Source: Alistipes sp. (GTDB lineage Bacteria > Bacteroidota > Bacteroidia > Bacteroidales > Rikenellaceae). Taken from it: a DNA stretch of 64,000 nt. The stretch covers positions 7,596-71,595 of the forward strand of contig JAFUPR010000034.1 in NCBI GenBank assembly GCA_017481145.1, written 5' to 3'. The notes below the pieces were generated by a model. The model had not been told where the DNA came from, searched no databases, and was given only the letters and a program-made list of their open reading frames with translations. Shown piece after piece: positions 40,657 through 50,722 of this stretch. Positions within the stretch are counted from its first letter, which is position 1, and each line of letters begins with the position of its first letter. Position numbers and translations under genes: made by a program.

Positions 40657-42609
40657 ATGGCTTCATTAAACACATTAAGAACGAGGTACGGCATTGTACT
40701 CTCAGTAGTCATTGCCTTGGTACTTGTTGCCTTTATCCTTGGCGATCAGCTCTCTATGCAGGGTCGTACAAGCAATATGCCCGAGGATAAGACTGTTATC
40801 ACCGTTAACGGCAAGGATATTAAGGCGTCGGAGTATGCCAAGTATCAGGAGCTCTACCGCGAGACTAACCTCTCGGCAGATGCTAAGGCTGACTTGACCT
40901 ATGAGTTTGCACTCTTCAACGCCTTCTCTAAGGATGCACTTGAGGCTCTCGGTCTCGGCGTATCGGAGGCAGATATTAAAAACTATGCCAAGATTGTAGG
41001 TAAGCAGTGGACAGATCAGTATCTTATGTACGGCTATCCCGCTGACATCATCAAGAGCGAGGTTGAGCGTCGTTGGGTTTCGGGTCTTCCCACCATCGAC
41101 ATGAGCTTGGGCTATACCAAGTTTACCGAGGCCTATGTTGCGGCTAACTACGTTAACCGTCTTGAGGTTGAGAAGCAGATGCGCGATGCAAACCTCACGT
41201 TTGATGGTCGCTACGTGATCGTTCCCTACTCGGCTATGCCCGCTGTGGAGGTTAGCGAGGAGGAGATTAACGCTTACTATGAGGCTAACAAGCAGCCTAA
41301 CAAGCGTTTTGGCGAGCGCACGTTACGCTATGTAGCCTTCGAGATTGAGCCTACGGCTGAGGATAAGGCTGAGGTTGAGAAGATGGTTAAGGATGTTGAC
41401 GCTATGGTTGTTGCGGCTAATGGCGACAGCGAGACTATCAAGCGTGCCGTTCGTTCTATTGGTGGTAAGTCTGACCGCTATAAGCTCTTCAGCGCTCTCG
41501 AGGCAGATGTTGCTGAGGCTGTTAAGGGTGGTAAGAACTATGGCCCCGTGCTCGTTGATGACGAGTGGAAGGCAAGCTATGTTGTTTCAGATGTTAAGGT
41601 TCCCGAGAGCTTCGAGTTCGAGGTAGTTACTGCCGATAATGTCGTTGCAGCTAAGGCGCTTGCTGAGGAGCTCGTAGCTGCTGGTGGCGACTTCACGAAG
41701 TTGGAGACTGCTGTAGATGTAGCTAACGACAGCCGTAAGATGGTGAATATGAACGAGAGCGATGCTAATAACTTCATCGGCCGTAAGGTGGGTGACATCT
41801 TCACTTACACTTACAACAACAAGCCTGCCGTTGTTAAGATCACGAAGCTTGGTGACGTTGACCGTTTTGTCCTTACAGCAGATATTGCTAAGCGTATCGA
41901 GGCAAGTGAGCTTACGCGCAACAACATCGTTAAGAGCGTAGATACTTTCTTGAAGGATGCTGGTAATAGCGTTGAGACATTCGATGCTGCTGCTACGGCT
42001 GCTCACTATCAGATTCTCGTTACCACGGCTAATCGTAACGACTATACTCCTATGATGAACCGCGAGCGTGGTGTGCGCAACATCCCTGCATCGCGTAGCA
42101 TCGCTGTGTGGGCTTATGATGCCCCTGTAGGCGAGGTTAAGAGCTTCCATGGTGAGAATGTCATCTATGTGGCTATCGTTTCGGCTATCAACGACAACAA
42201 GTACGAGATGATCAACACTCGTGCTGTCGAGAATACGTTGAAGCACGACAAGCAGTACGAGGCTATCGCTTCGCAGTTGGCTATTGGTGCTGAGATTGAG
42301 GGCGCTACCGAGGGTAAGTTCTCAGGCGTTAAGTTCGCAGACTATAGCGTTGATGGTAAGTACGACCAGGCTCTTGTAGGTGCTATCGCGTCGAGCCGCG
42401 AGACAGGTGTTGAGACTAAGGTTAAGGGTACTAATGGCGCTTACGTATTCGTTGTTGATGCTATCAATGGCGATGTAGACCTCACAACTGTAGATACAGA
42501 GCGTACACCCTCGATGACTCAGCGCGAGTCGCAGATGGGTCAGGCAGCTGTTGATGCACTTACCTCTAAGGCTAAGGTTAAGGATCTCCGTGGTGAGGGC
42601 GAGATTTAG
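40657..42609 (+). CDS. PpiD/SurA-N-like periplasmic chaperone
   Basis: MASLNTLR + TM + AFILGD, VNG..I, GAYVFVV, C-terminal AKVKDLR; TACCTTTG at 40610-40617. Confidence 0.78.
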   Translation: MASLNTLRTRYGIVLSVVIALVLVAFILGDQLSMQGRTSNMPEDKTVITVNGKDIKASEYAKYQELYRETNLSADAKADLTYEFALFNAFSKDALEALGLGVSEADIKNYAKIVGKQWTDQYLMYGYPADIIKSEVERRWVSGLPTIDMSLGYTKFTEAYVAANYVNRLEVEKQMRDANLTFDGRYVIVPYSAMPAVEVSEEEINAYYEANKQPNKRFGERTLRYVAFEIEPTAEDKAEVEKMVKDVDAMVVAANGDSETIKRAVRSIGGKSDRYKLFSALEADVAEAVKGGKNYGPVLVDDEWKASYVVSDVKVPESFEFEVVTADNVVAAKALAEELVAAGGDFTKLETAVDVANDSRKMVNMNESDANNFIGRKVGDIFTYTYNNKPAVVKITKLGDVDRFVLTADIAKRIEASELTRNNIVKSVDTFLKDAGNSVETFDAAATAAHYQILVTTANRNDYTPMMNRERGVRNIPASRSIAVWAYDAPVGEVKSFHGENVIYVAIVSAINDNKYEMINTRAVENTLKHDKQYEAIASQLAIGAEIEGATEGKFSGVKFADYSVDGKYDQALVGAIASSRETGVETKVKGTNGAYVFVVDAINGDVDLTTVDTERTPSMTQRESQMGQAAVDALTSKAKVKDLRGEGEI

Positions 42610-42674
42610 AAACTGTTTAAAATTTATCAAATTTAAACAGCTTCTTAATCGTCGCTATTAGCTACTTTGTTATA

Positions 42675-42710
42675 AGGGTCGCAACTTTCGGGTTGCGACC
42701 CTATTGTTTT
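42675..42710 (+). terminator. Intrinsic terminator
   Basis: AGGGTCGCAAC-TTTCGG-GTTGCGACCCT followed by ATTGTTTT. Confidence 0.8.
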
Positions 42711-42761
42711 GTTGGTTTGGTATATTTTTCGTACCTTTAGCGCTGCAAAAGTGGCGTAACT

Positions 42762-43742
42762 ATGGCACAGATAAAATCTATCGGAGTGCTCACCTCGGGA
42801 GGTGATGCCCCAGGAATGAATGCAGCGATAAGGGCTGTCACACGTGCAGCGATATATAATGGTCTCGGTGTTGTGGGCATCAAGCGTGGCTATTATGGCT
42901 TGGTGTACAACGAGATGGAGGAGTTCTCGTCTAAGTCGGTGAGTAACATCATTCAGCAGGGTGGCACTATACTTAAGACGGCACGCTGCAAGGAGTTCGT
43001 CACGCCCGAGGGTCGTAAACGAGCCTTTGATAATATGCGTTCAGCGGGCATTGATGCCCTTGTGGTGATTGGCGGCGATGGCTCGCTCAGCGGTGCGCGC
43101 ATCTTTGCCGAGGAGTACGATGTTCCCATCGTCGGGTTGCCAGGTACTATCGACAACGACCTCGGTGGCACGGATGCCACCATAGGCTACGACACGGCAC
43201 TCAACACCATCGTCGAGGCGGTGGATAAGATACGCGACACGGCCACGAGTCATGAGCGCCTCTTCCTCGTTGAGGTCATGGGTCACATGGCTGGCTACCT
43301 TGCCCTAAATGGAGCTATAGCTTCGGGTGCCGAAGCAGCCATAGTTCCCGAGATGGAGACGGAGATAGACCAACTTGCCGACCTTATAAATAGGGGCTTC
43401 CGTAAGAGTAAGAACTCGGCCATCGTGCTCGTCGCCGAAAACCCCGCAACGGGAGGAGCGCTTGGCCTCAAGCAGCGAATAAAGGATGAGTTTCCAGAGT
43501 ATGATGCTCGTGTCACCATCCTCGGCCACCTGCAGCGTGGCGGCTCGCCCACGGCAGCTGACCGCATACTCGCCTCGCGCATGGGTGCGCAGGCCATCAC
43601 GGCACTTATGGAGGGGCAGCGTAACGTGATGATAGGCATCAAGAATGGCGAGCTGGTATATGTCCCCTTCTCGAAGGCTACGACACATAAGCACACAATA
43701 GGCAGCGCCGAGCTCGATATCGTCAAGATGCTGTCGATATAG
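42762..43742 (+). CDS. pfkA: ATP-dependent 6-phosphofructokinase
   Basis: [34 protein letters not shown]. Confidence 0.96.
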   Translation: MAQIKSIGVLTSGGDAPGMNAAIRAVTRAAIYNGLGVVGIKRGYYGLVYNEMEEFSSKSVSNIIQQGGTILKTARCKEFVTPEGRKRAFDNMRSAGIDALVVIGGDGSLSGARIFAEEYDVPIVGLPGTIDNDLGGTDATIGYDTALNTIVEAVDKIRDTATSHERLFLVEVMGHMAGYLALNGAIASGAEAAIVPEMETEIDQLADLINRGFRKSKNSAIVLVAENPATGGALGLKQRIKDEFPEYDARVTILGHLQRGGSPTAADRILASRMGAQAITALMEGQRNVMIGIKNGELVYVPFSKATTHKHTIGSAELDIVKMLSI

Positions 43743-43785
43743 AACGGATAAGCTCAGTAACATCTAAACCCAACAATAGAATAGT

Positions 43786-44787
43786 ATGAAGAGAGTTATA
43801 GGCATTGGTAATGCGTTGACAGACATGCTTGTCAACCTATCTAACGATGAGGTACTCGAGCGTTATAGCTTGGCTAAGGGCTCTATGAGCTTAGTAGATA
43901 GTGAGTTCCAGACCGACATATCGAAGCATGTTGCAGGGTGTCCATACTCGTTGTCGTTGGGCGGCTCGGCTGGCAATACTATTCGTGCTATGGCGCGCCT
44001 CGGCACAGGTGTGGGCTTTATCGGCAAGGTGGGCAACGATACCACGGGCGACTTCTACGAGCAGGCTCTGCGTAATCTGGATGTCGAGCCCTACGTGCTG
44101 CGCTCGAAGTATCGCTCGGGTAAGTGCGTGTCGTTGGTGTCACCCGATGGTGAGCGCACGCTTGTCACACACCTCGGCGCTGCGGCACATCTTAAACCCG
44201 AGGATATCGATGGTGCTATCTTCGACGACTACGACTGTCTATATGTCGAGGGCTACTTAGTTCAAGACCACGATCTTATACGTACGGCTATGGAGAAGGC
44301 TAAGCGCCGTGGTCTGCGTGTAGCTATCGATCTGGCCTCGTTCAATGTCGTGGAGGAGAACCGCGACTTCTTGCACGACCTTGTAACTAAGCATGTGGAT
44401 ATACTCTTCGCTAATGAGGATGAGGCTCGTGCCTTTAGTGGTGAGGAGGAGCCGATCAATGCCCTGCAATACATAAGTACCATGTGTGAGCTGGTTATTG
44501 TGAAGATAGGCATGAAGGGCGCACTTATCAAGCGCGGTGACGAGGTCGTACATGTGGGTATTATGGCGGCAGCTAAGCGTGTCGACACTACGGGTGCTGG
44601 TGACTTCTACGCTGCAGGCTTTCTCGCAGCACTCTGCGAGGGCATGTCGCTACGCCAGTGTGGTACTATAGGAGCTATCACCGCAGGTAAGGTTATTGAG
44701 GTTGTAGGTACTACCTTTGGCGAGGATGCTTGGCAGGAGATATTTACGCTTGTGGAGCGAGTGCGAACGGAACAGTATCTATTCTAA
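43786..44787 (+). CDS. PfkB-family carbohydrate kinase (adenosine kinase-like)
   Basis: GIGNALTD, GGSAGN, DGERT, FANEDEA, DTTGAGD. Confidence 0.9.
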   Translation: MKRVIGIGNALTDMLVNLSNDEVLERYSLAKGSMSLVDSEFQTDISKHVAGCPYSLSLGGSAGNTIRAMARLGTGVGFIGKVGNDTTGDFYEQALRNLDVEPYVLRSKYRSGKCVSLVSPDGERTLVTHLGAAAHLKPEDIDGAIFDDYDCLYVEGYLVQDHDLIRTAMEKAKRRGLRVAIDLASFNVVEENRDFLHDLVTKHVDILFANEDEARAFSGEEEPINALQYISTMCELVIVKIGMKGALIKRGDEVVHVGIMAAAKRVDTTGAGDFYAAGFLAALCEGMSLRQCGTIGAITAGKVIEVVGTTFGEDAWQEIFTLVERVRTEQYLF

Positions 44788-44790
44788 TTA

Positions 44791-44827
44791 GTAATGATGC
44801 AAAAAGCGCCGCTTTTTGCATCATTAC
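44791..44827. terminator. Bidirectional terminator (18-bp perfect inverted repeat)
   Basis: GTAATGATGCAAAAAGCG-C-CGCTTTTTGCATCATTAC between convergent genes. Confidence 0.8.
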
Positions 44828-44871
44828 CATAAATTGAATCTACGTCAAGGGCTATCCATCCACAGATGGCT

Positions 44872-45363
44872 CTACTCCATATTCTCGCGCACCTCCTTGA
44901 GAGCTTCGCTGCCCTTCTCCAAGGCCTCGGCACTCTTCTCCAGGGCCTCGGCGCCAAGCTCGACGCTCCTCTTCGATACTACATCGGCAGCCTCGACAAC
45001 CTTGGTTTTTGCCACCTCCGTAGCCTCGATAACCTTAGCCTCCGTATTCTTGTATATCTCGCTCTCCTTGACCTTCGTCACCTCGGTCTTAGCCCTATTA
45101 TAGAGCTCCTCGCTCTTGGTTAGCGATGCCTTGGCACGCTGGCCAACCTCGTCAGCGCTCTCGCTGAGCACCACCTCGGCATCCTTGGCAAACTCGCTCA
45201 CCTTCTCCGAGCCCTCGCGGAAGACCTCCTTAGCATTGGCCGTGAGTTCGTCTATGCGCTTATCTCTATTGTCGCTATCTGCGGTTGTGTCGCCAGCATT
45301 GTTGCCACCACCACACGCTACAGCTAAGGCCAATGCTGCCATAACAAAAAATAACTTTCTCAT
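44872..45363 (-). CDS. Hypothetical helical-repeat lipoprotein
   Basis: MRKLFFVMAALALAVAC lipobox; A/E/K/V-rich amphipathic repeats. Confidence 0.78.
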   Translation of the reverse strand: MRKLFFVMAALALAVACGGGNNAGDTTADSDNRDKRIDELTANAKEVFREGSEKVSEFAKDAEVVLSESADEVGQRAKASLTKSEELYNRAKTEVTKVKESEIYKNTEAKVIEATEVAKTKVVEAADVVSKRSVELGAEALEKSAEALEKGSEALKEVRENME

Positions 45364-45382
45364 AATCTTCAATATTGTTACG

Positions 45383-47194
45383 TTAATATCTCTTTCTATT
45401 CAGTGTTCTCTTGCTCCTATCGCTCCTCTCATCCCTCTTATTGGTTACGTTGTCGCGCTTTGACTGCTGCGCCTGACGACTATCCGTGGGCAGTGTGCCA
45501 CCGAAGAAGTAGCTCTTCTGTCGTCGCTTATCCTCCTGTGTGCGTGCCACATATACACTCTCAACCGTATATGGATTCTCACACGTGTAGAAAATGACAG
45601 ACGAGATGGTCATGGGCGTGGGCGTGAGGTCCTGCACCTGCTCCAGTGTGAAGTGTAGCTTGCCGAGCACCTTGCGTGCCAAGGCCTGCATATCCTCCTC
45701 CCTGCACCCTGGGTGCGACGATATGAAGTAGGGTATGAGCTGATACTTAAGCTCCTCCCTGCGACATATATGCTGGAACTTACGGTTCAACTCCTCGAAC
45801 ATCGTGAACGAGGGCTTGCGCATAAGGTTCAAGACCCTATCCTCGGTATGCTCGGGTGCAACCTTCAGGCGTCCTGAGGTGTGGTGCTTGACGACGGTCT
45901 CGAAGTAGGGCGACGAGTCGAAGAGGTCGTAGCGTATGCCGCTGCCTATAAATGCTCTTTTAATACCCTTTACCTCGCGTATCTTGCTATATAGGTCGAG
46001 TAGCGGGGTGTGGTCGTTGTTCATATTGGGGCACAACTTCGGATGTAGACACGAGGGGCGCTTACACCTCTTGCACAGCTCCTCGTTCTTGCCACGCATA
46101 CGGTACATATTTGCTGAAGGTGCGCCGATGTCCGATACGAAACCCTAGAAGTCGGGCATCTGTGTTAGACGCTTCACCTCGGCTAGGATGGATCGCTCCG
46201 AGCGCGAGTTGATAAACTTACCCTGATGTGCCGAGATGGTACAGAATGAGCAGCCACCGAAGCAACCTCGGTGTATGTTTATCGAGTGCTTGATCATCTC
46301 CCATGCGGGAATGTCGCCCTTACCCTTATATCGTGGGTGTGGCGCACGCTCGTAGGGTAGGTCGAAGGAGTGGTCGAGTTCCTCGGTCGTAAGCGTGGCA
46401 TGGGGTGGTGTGATGACGACATAGCTCTGGTCAACCCTCTCCACAAGTGTCGTCTCGCACTCCATCATGTTGCTTAAGACCTCTATCTCCTTGAAGTTCT
46501 CACCAAATTTGTGCTTGTCCCTCTGGCACTCCTCGAAGGAGTTTAGGACTATGGTCTTGCCATTATACAGCCTCTCTACGTACTCCTTGTCGGCTAAGAA
46601 TCCCACTTGGCGTAGCCCTCTGAGCAGCTTCATGTTAAATCCGTTGCGTAGTGCCTTGGCAACCTCACGTATGGGCTTGTCGCCCATACCGTAGATAAGC
46701 AGGTCGGCGCCACTTGTGGCAAGGATTGATTGTTGGAGCCTATCGCTCCAATAGTCGTAGTGCGTGAGGCGACGTAGCGATGCCTCGATGCCACCGACAA
46801 CAACTGGAGTATGCGGGTATAGCCGTTTGAGAATCTTTGTGTATGTGTCTACCGTGCGGTCGGGGCGGAAGCCCGCCTTACCTCCAGGGGTGTAGGCGTC
46901 GTTCGACCTAAGGCGTAGGTTGGCTGTGTAGTGGTTTACCATCGAGTCCATAGCTCCTGCTGTCACGGCGAAGAAGAGGCGCGGCTTGCCGAGCTTCTTG
47001 AAGTCGCGGAGGTCGTCACGCCAGTTGGGCTGTGGCACGATGGCCACACGGTAGCCCTCGGCCTCGAGGATGCGACCTATGACCGATGCCCCAAATGCAG
47101 GATGGTCTATGTAAGCATCACCCGAGAAGATGATGACATCGAGCTCGTCCCATCCGCGAGCCTCAACCTCCTTATTTGTCGTTGGTAAAAACAT
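45383..47194 (-). pseudogene. ygiQ: YgiQ-family radical SAM protein interrupted by one in-frame TAG (46145-46147)
   Basis: GDAYIDHP, RGCFGGCSFC, then ...MPDF*GFVSDIGAPSANMY in the same frame, SGRLKVAPEH, PYFISSHPG. Would be 603 aa if read through. Confidence 0.85.
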
Positions 47195-47249
47195 AGTACT
47201 GTTGCGATAATTTTAGATTTTCTAGGACTTCGCTATATGATAGGTCGTA

Positions 47250-47357
47250 TCATCTATTTTTGTGAAATATATTAATAACAGCTACGATAAAATCAGTTAT
47301 AATTTTACTCACTATCATTACTATAATGAGAAGTATTAATATCTTTAGCAGCATCAT
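47250..47357 (-). CDS. Putative 35-aa hydrophobic small protein
   Basis: MMLLKILILLIIVMIVSKIITDFIVAVINIFHKNR; ATG 18 nt after the rluD stop, leader ACAATAAAAC. Confidence 0.45.
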   Translation of the reverse strand: MMLLKILILLIIVMIVSKIITDFIVAVINIFHKNR

Positions 47358-47375
47358 GTTTTATTGTCTTAGATA

Positions 47376-48470
47376 TTATATCTCGTCGAGGTCTAAGCCT
47401 ACGGAATCGGTATAGGTCTCCCATTTCTGCAATACAGCCTTCAAATCGTCGGGGAGCTCCGACTCGAACTGCACATACTTGCCCGTAGTGGGGTGGTCGA
47501 AGCCTAAGGCGCGGGCATGGAGCGACTGTCGCGGTATAAGCTTAAAACAGTTTTCCACGAACTGCTTATACTTCATGAAGGTTGTACCCTTGAGTATGCG
47601 GTTGCCACCATAGCGCTCGTCGTTGAAGAGGGGGTGTCCCTGCCACGACATGTGTACACGTATCTGGTGTGTGCGCCCCGTCTCTAAGCGACACTCCACC
47701 AAGGTGACATAGCCATAGCGGCGTAGCACCTTGAAATGGGTGACAGCATGCTTGCCATCCGAGCCGTCGGCAAAGACGTACATCTGCAACCTATCCTTCG
47801 GGCTGCGGCCTATGTTTCCCGTAATCGTACCCTCATCCTCGGCTATGTTGCCCCACACTAAGGCTACATAGCGACGATATATCGTGTGGTCGAAGAACTG
47901 CTTGGCCAGCGAGGCGTGGGCGCGCTCGTTCTTAGCCACGACCAACAATCCCGAGGTATCCTTATCGATGCGGTGCACAAGGCCTGCGCGGGCGTTACCC
48001 TCCGAGAACATGGGTAGGTTTTGCAGGTGGTACGATAGGGCATGTACTAGTGTGCCGCTATGGTTGCCCACGCCTGGGTGTACGACCATGCCCGCCTCCT
48101 TGTTTATGACGATGATGTCGTCATCCTCATAGACGATATTTAAGGGTATATTCTCGGGTACGATCTCCTCCTTGCGACGCGGGTAGGGCATCACAATAGA
48201 GATCTGGTCTAAGGGCTTGACCTTATAACTCGATTTTTGGGGCTTGCCGTTGACGAGGATGTTCTGTCCGTCGGCGGCAGCCTGTATACGGTTTCGCGAG
48301 GTGTGCTCGAGGCGTATGGTGAGGAACTTGTCGAGGCGCATCATCGACTGTCCCTTGTCGACCGTCACGGCGAAGTGTTCGTACATCTCGTCGCCCTCAC
48401 CCTCGGCATCCGTGCCCTCGACATCGACGTCGAGGAGTTCGTCATCTAAGTATATATCCTTCTCTGACAT
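47376..48470 (-). CDS. rluD: RluA/RluD family pseudouridine synthase
   Basis: S4 domain RLDKFL, NKEAGMVVHP, HRIDKDTSG, LETGRTHQIRVH. Confidence 0.93.
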   Translation of the reverse strand: MSEKDIYLDDELLDVDVEGTDAEGEGDEMYEHFAVTVDKGQSMMRLDKFLTIRLEHTSRNRIQAAADGQNILVNGKPQKSSYKVKPLDQISIVMPYPRRKEEIVPENIPLNIVYEDDDIIVINKEAGMVVHPGVGNHSGTLVHALSYHLQNLPMFSEGNARAGLVHRIDKDTSGLLVVAKNERAHASLAKQFFDHTIYRRYVALVWGNIAEDEGTITGNIGRSPKDRLQMYVFADGSDGKHAVTHFKVLRRYGYVTLVECRLETGRTHQIRVHMSWQGHPLFNDERYGGNRILKGTTFMKYKQFVENCFKLIPRQSLHARALGFDHPTTGKYVQFESELPDDLKAVLQKWETYTDSVGLDLDEI

Positions 48471-48482
48471 CTCGGTTGTGGT

Positions 48483-50720
48483 TTACTCCATTGTTTGCTC
48501 CGTCTCTGTAGTGTTGCCCTCGCGCTCCGCCTCGCGTTGTTTCTCGAGCTCCTTGCGTCGCTCCTCCTCGTAGCGTTTAGCCTCCATATCGGCGACCTTG
48601 GATAGTGAGTCGACAAGTTCCATGTCGCAGGTGAGGTATAGCATTACCTCATTACCACGACGTAAGCTCGAGCCTAATGGCTGTGATTGTTTGTAGACTC
48701 TTGTTGTGCGGCGCGAGATAAGATCCTCGACGCTGTCGTCGTAGACAACCTTACCTATGTTAAGACCATTATCCCAGAGGCTGCTCTCGGCCTGCTGGAG
48801 TGTGAGACCCACCAAGCGCGGAACGACCGTATACTGCTCATCGCGGCGATAGCTTACGGTGAGTGTCACGCCTGTGCCTACGGCTGCACGTATGCTCGAG
48901 GCGGGATGTACCTCATGACCCTCGATGCTCTCGCCAAGCACGTAGTCGGTAGATGTCATGTCAGCCTCGTAGACGAGCTTCTCGACGCTAAGTCCCGAGC
49001 GCTCAAGCTGGTTGAGTGCCTGGCGTAGTGTCTGCTTAGCGACATAGGGCACATCGACCATGCGGCGGTTATAGGCATTTATCGTGACGTATATCTTACG
49101 TCCTGGCTTCACCGTCACATCTCTTATCTCCGATGTGCGTGGCAGCTGGTCTACGACCGTGCCTCCTGGGAGGTTGACGTCGAAGATAGAGTCGCGCACG
49201 ATGATGTTAAGCTCCTTGTTGCGAGCCTCGTGGCGTGCCTCTTCTATGGTCATGCCGAGGAGGTTGGGTACCTTGATGACATTGCCATGACGCGTACCTA
49301 TGCTTAGACCGAAGTATAGCGTGGCTAAGAGTATGAGACCAAATATGAAGATTAGCATCATGTGCGAGATGATGGGAAAACGTCTATAGAAGCCTCTGAG
49401 TGCCTCCATGACGCGTCCCATAGGTATACCACTCCTCTTTGTGCCACTCTTCGTCTTCTTGGGCTTGGGCTCGGCCTTATGTGTGGTGCTCTTTGGCTTT
49501 GTAGGCTCTATCTTCTGGTTGCTCATATCCGTATTACTCTCCTTTACTTCGTTAGTGTTAGTATGTGCCTCGTTCGTCGCTATCTCATAGGCAGGCATCT
49601 CGCTCTCCTTGGTAATTGTTGCCGCCACCTCGACACTCTCTGTGCTACGGCACACGGTGTTGTAGTGCGAGTCGCGTTCTACGGGGCAGAAGCCCACGGC
49701 TCGAACCATAGCCTCAAGCTCGGCAACACTCATCGTGGGGCGCTCCATGCCACCTGCCATGGAGTATATCTTCGTGGTGTCGCCTATCGTGCCGTCAATG
49801 TCGTCAGCACCAAAGGCTAAGGCCATCTCCGTCGTAGCCTTGCCGTACGACACCCAGTATGCCTTGATGTGTGGTATGTTATCGAGGAATATGCGGCTCA
49901 TGGCTATTGTACGCATATCCTCCTCGGTGCTACACTCGCCCGCCTCGGATAGACGGTTGCCACGGCTGTGGTACTTCAGCGGTATGAAGGCGTCGAAACC
50001 TGGCGCCTCATCCTGAAGTCTTCGTAGACGGTCGAGGTGGTCGATGCGCTGCTCAATGCTCTCGATGTGGCCATAGAGCATGGTGCAGTTTGTCGCTATA
50101 TCCATGTTGTGCGCAGCACGATGTACGGCGAGCCATTCCTCTGCCGAGCACTTCTCGGGGCATATCTTGGCTCGCAACTCGGCATCGAAGATCTCGGCGC
50201 CACCACCTGGGATACACTCCATGCCCGCCTCCTTGAGTCTACGTAGACCCTCGACTACGGATATGCCCTCGCGGCGTATCATGTAGAATATCTCCACGGC
50301 GGTATAGGCCTTGACCGTCACCTCGGGTAGCTGGCGCTTTACGCGGCGTATCATGGCGCAGTAGGTGCCGAGGTCGTGTTTCGGATGTACGCCACCTACG
50401 ATGTGTACCTCAGTGATGTCGGAGCCCTTGAGCTCAGCGGCGCGTGCCTCGATCTCCTCGAGTGATAGATACCATGCGTCGGCATCGCCCTCCCTACGGC
50501 GGAACGAGCAAAACTCGCAGTTGAATAGGCAGATGTTCGTAGGCTCGAGGTGTACGTTGCGGTTGTAGTAGACACTCTCGCCACTAGCCTTACGCTTACG
50601 CTCCGTGGCAAGCTCACCGAGCAGCCACAGTGGTGCTTCGCGCCAGAGGGTGAGGGCGTCGTCCTTGGTGATGCGCTCGTTGCGACGAACGGCATCGGCT
50701 ATTTCATTAATGTTACGCAT
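48483..50720 (-). CDS. mqnE: Fusion: MqnE-type (CofH family) radical SAM enzyme + linker + TM + 3 PASTA domains
   Basis: aa 1-356: YNRNVHLEPTNICLFNCEFC, EVHIVGG, PGGGAEIF, TMLYGHIE, FIPL, HIKAYW, FGADDIDGT, VERD. TM from about aa 448, then TRHG and PASTA repeats VPNLLGMT / VPYVAKQT / VPRLVGLT. Confidence 0.85.
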   Translation of the reverse strand: MRNINEIADAVRRNERITKDDALTLWREAPLWLLGELATERKRKASGESVYYNRNVHLEPTNICLFNCEFCSFRRREGDADAWYLSLEEIEARAAELKGSDITEVHIVGGVHPKHDLGTYCAMIRRVKRQLPEVTVKAYTAVEIFYMIRREGISVVEGLRRLKEAGMECIPGGGAEIFDAELRAKICPEKCSAEEWLAVHRAAHNMDIATNCTMLYGHIESIEQRIDHLDRLRRLQDEAPGFDAFIPLKYHSRGNRLSEAGECSTEEDMRTIAMSRIFLDNIPHIKAYWVSYGKATTEMALAFGADDIDGTIGDTTKIYSMAGGMERPTMSVAELEAMVRAVGFCPVERDSHYNTVCRSTESVEVAATITKESEMPAYEIATNEAHTNTNEVKESNTDMSNQKIEPTKPKSTTHKAEPKPKKTKSGTKRSGIPMGRVMEALRGFYRRFPIISHMMLIFIFGLILLATLYFGLSIGTRHGNVIKVPNLLGMTIEEARHEARNKELNIIVRDSIFDVNLPGGTVVDQLPRTSEIRDVTVKPGRKIYVTINAYNRRMVDVPYVAKQTLRQALNQLERSGLSVEKLVYEADMTSTDYVLGESIEGHEVHPASSIRAAVGTGVTLTVSYRRDEQYTVVPRLVGLTLQQAESSLWDNGLNIGKVVYDDSVEDLISRRTTRVYKQSQPLGSSLRRGNEVMLYLTCDMELVDSLSKVADMEAKRYEEERRKELEKQREAEREGNTTETEQTME

Positions 50721-50722
50721 CG

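Noticed and set aside
46145-46147. Genome-wide TAG reassignment or pyrrolysine
   Set aside because: TAG terminates POT, mntP, porX, SRPBCC and rng at expected ends; only one in-frame case; no pyl genes in the window.
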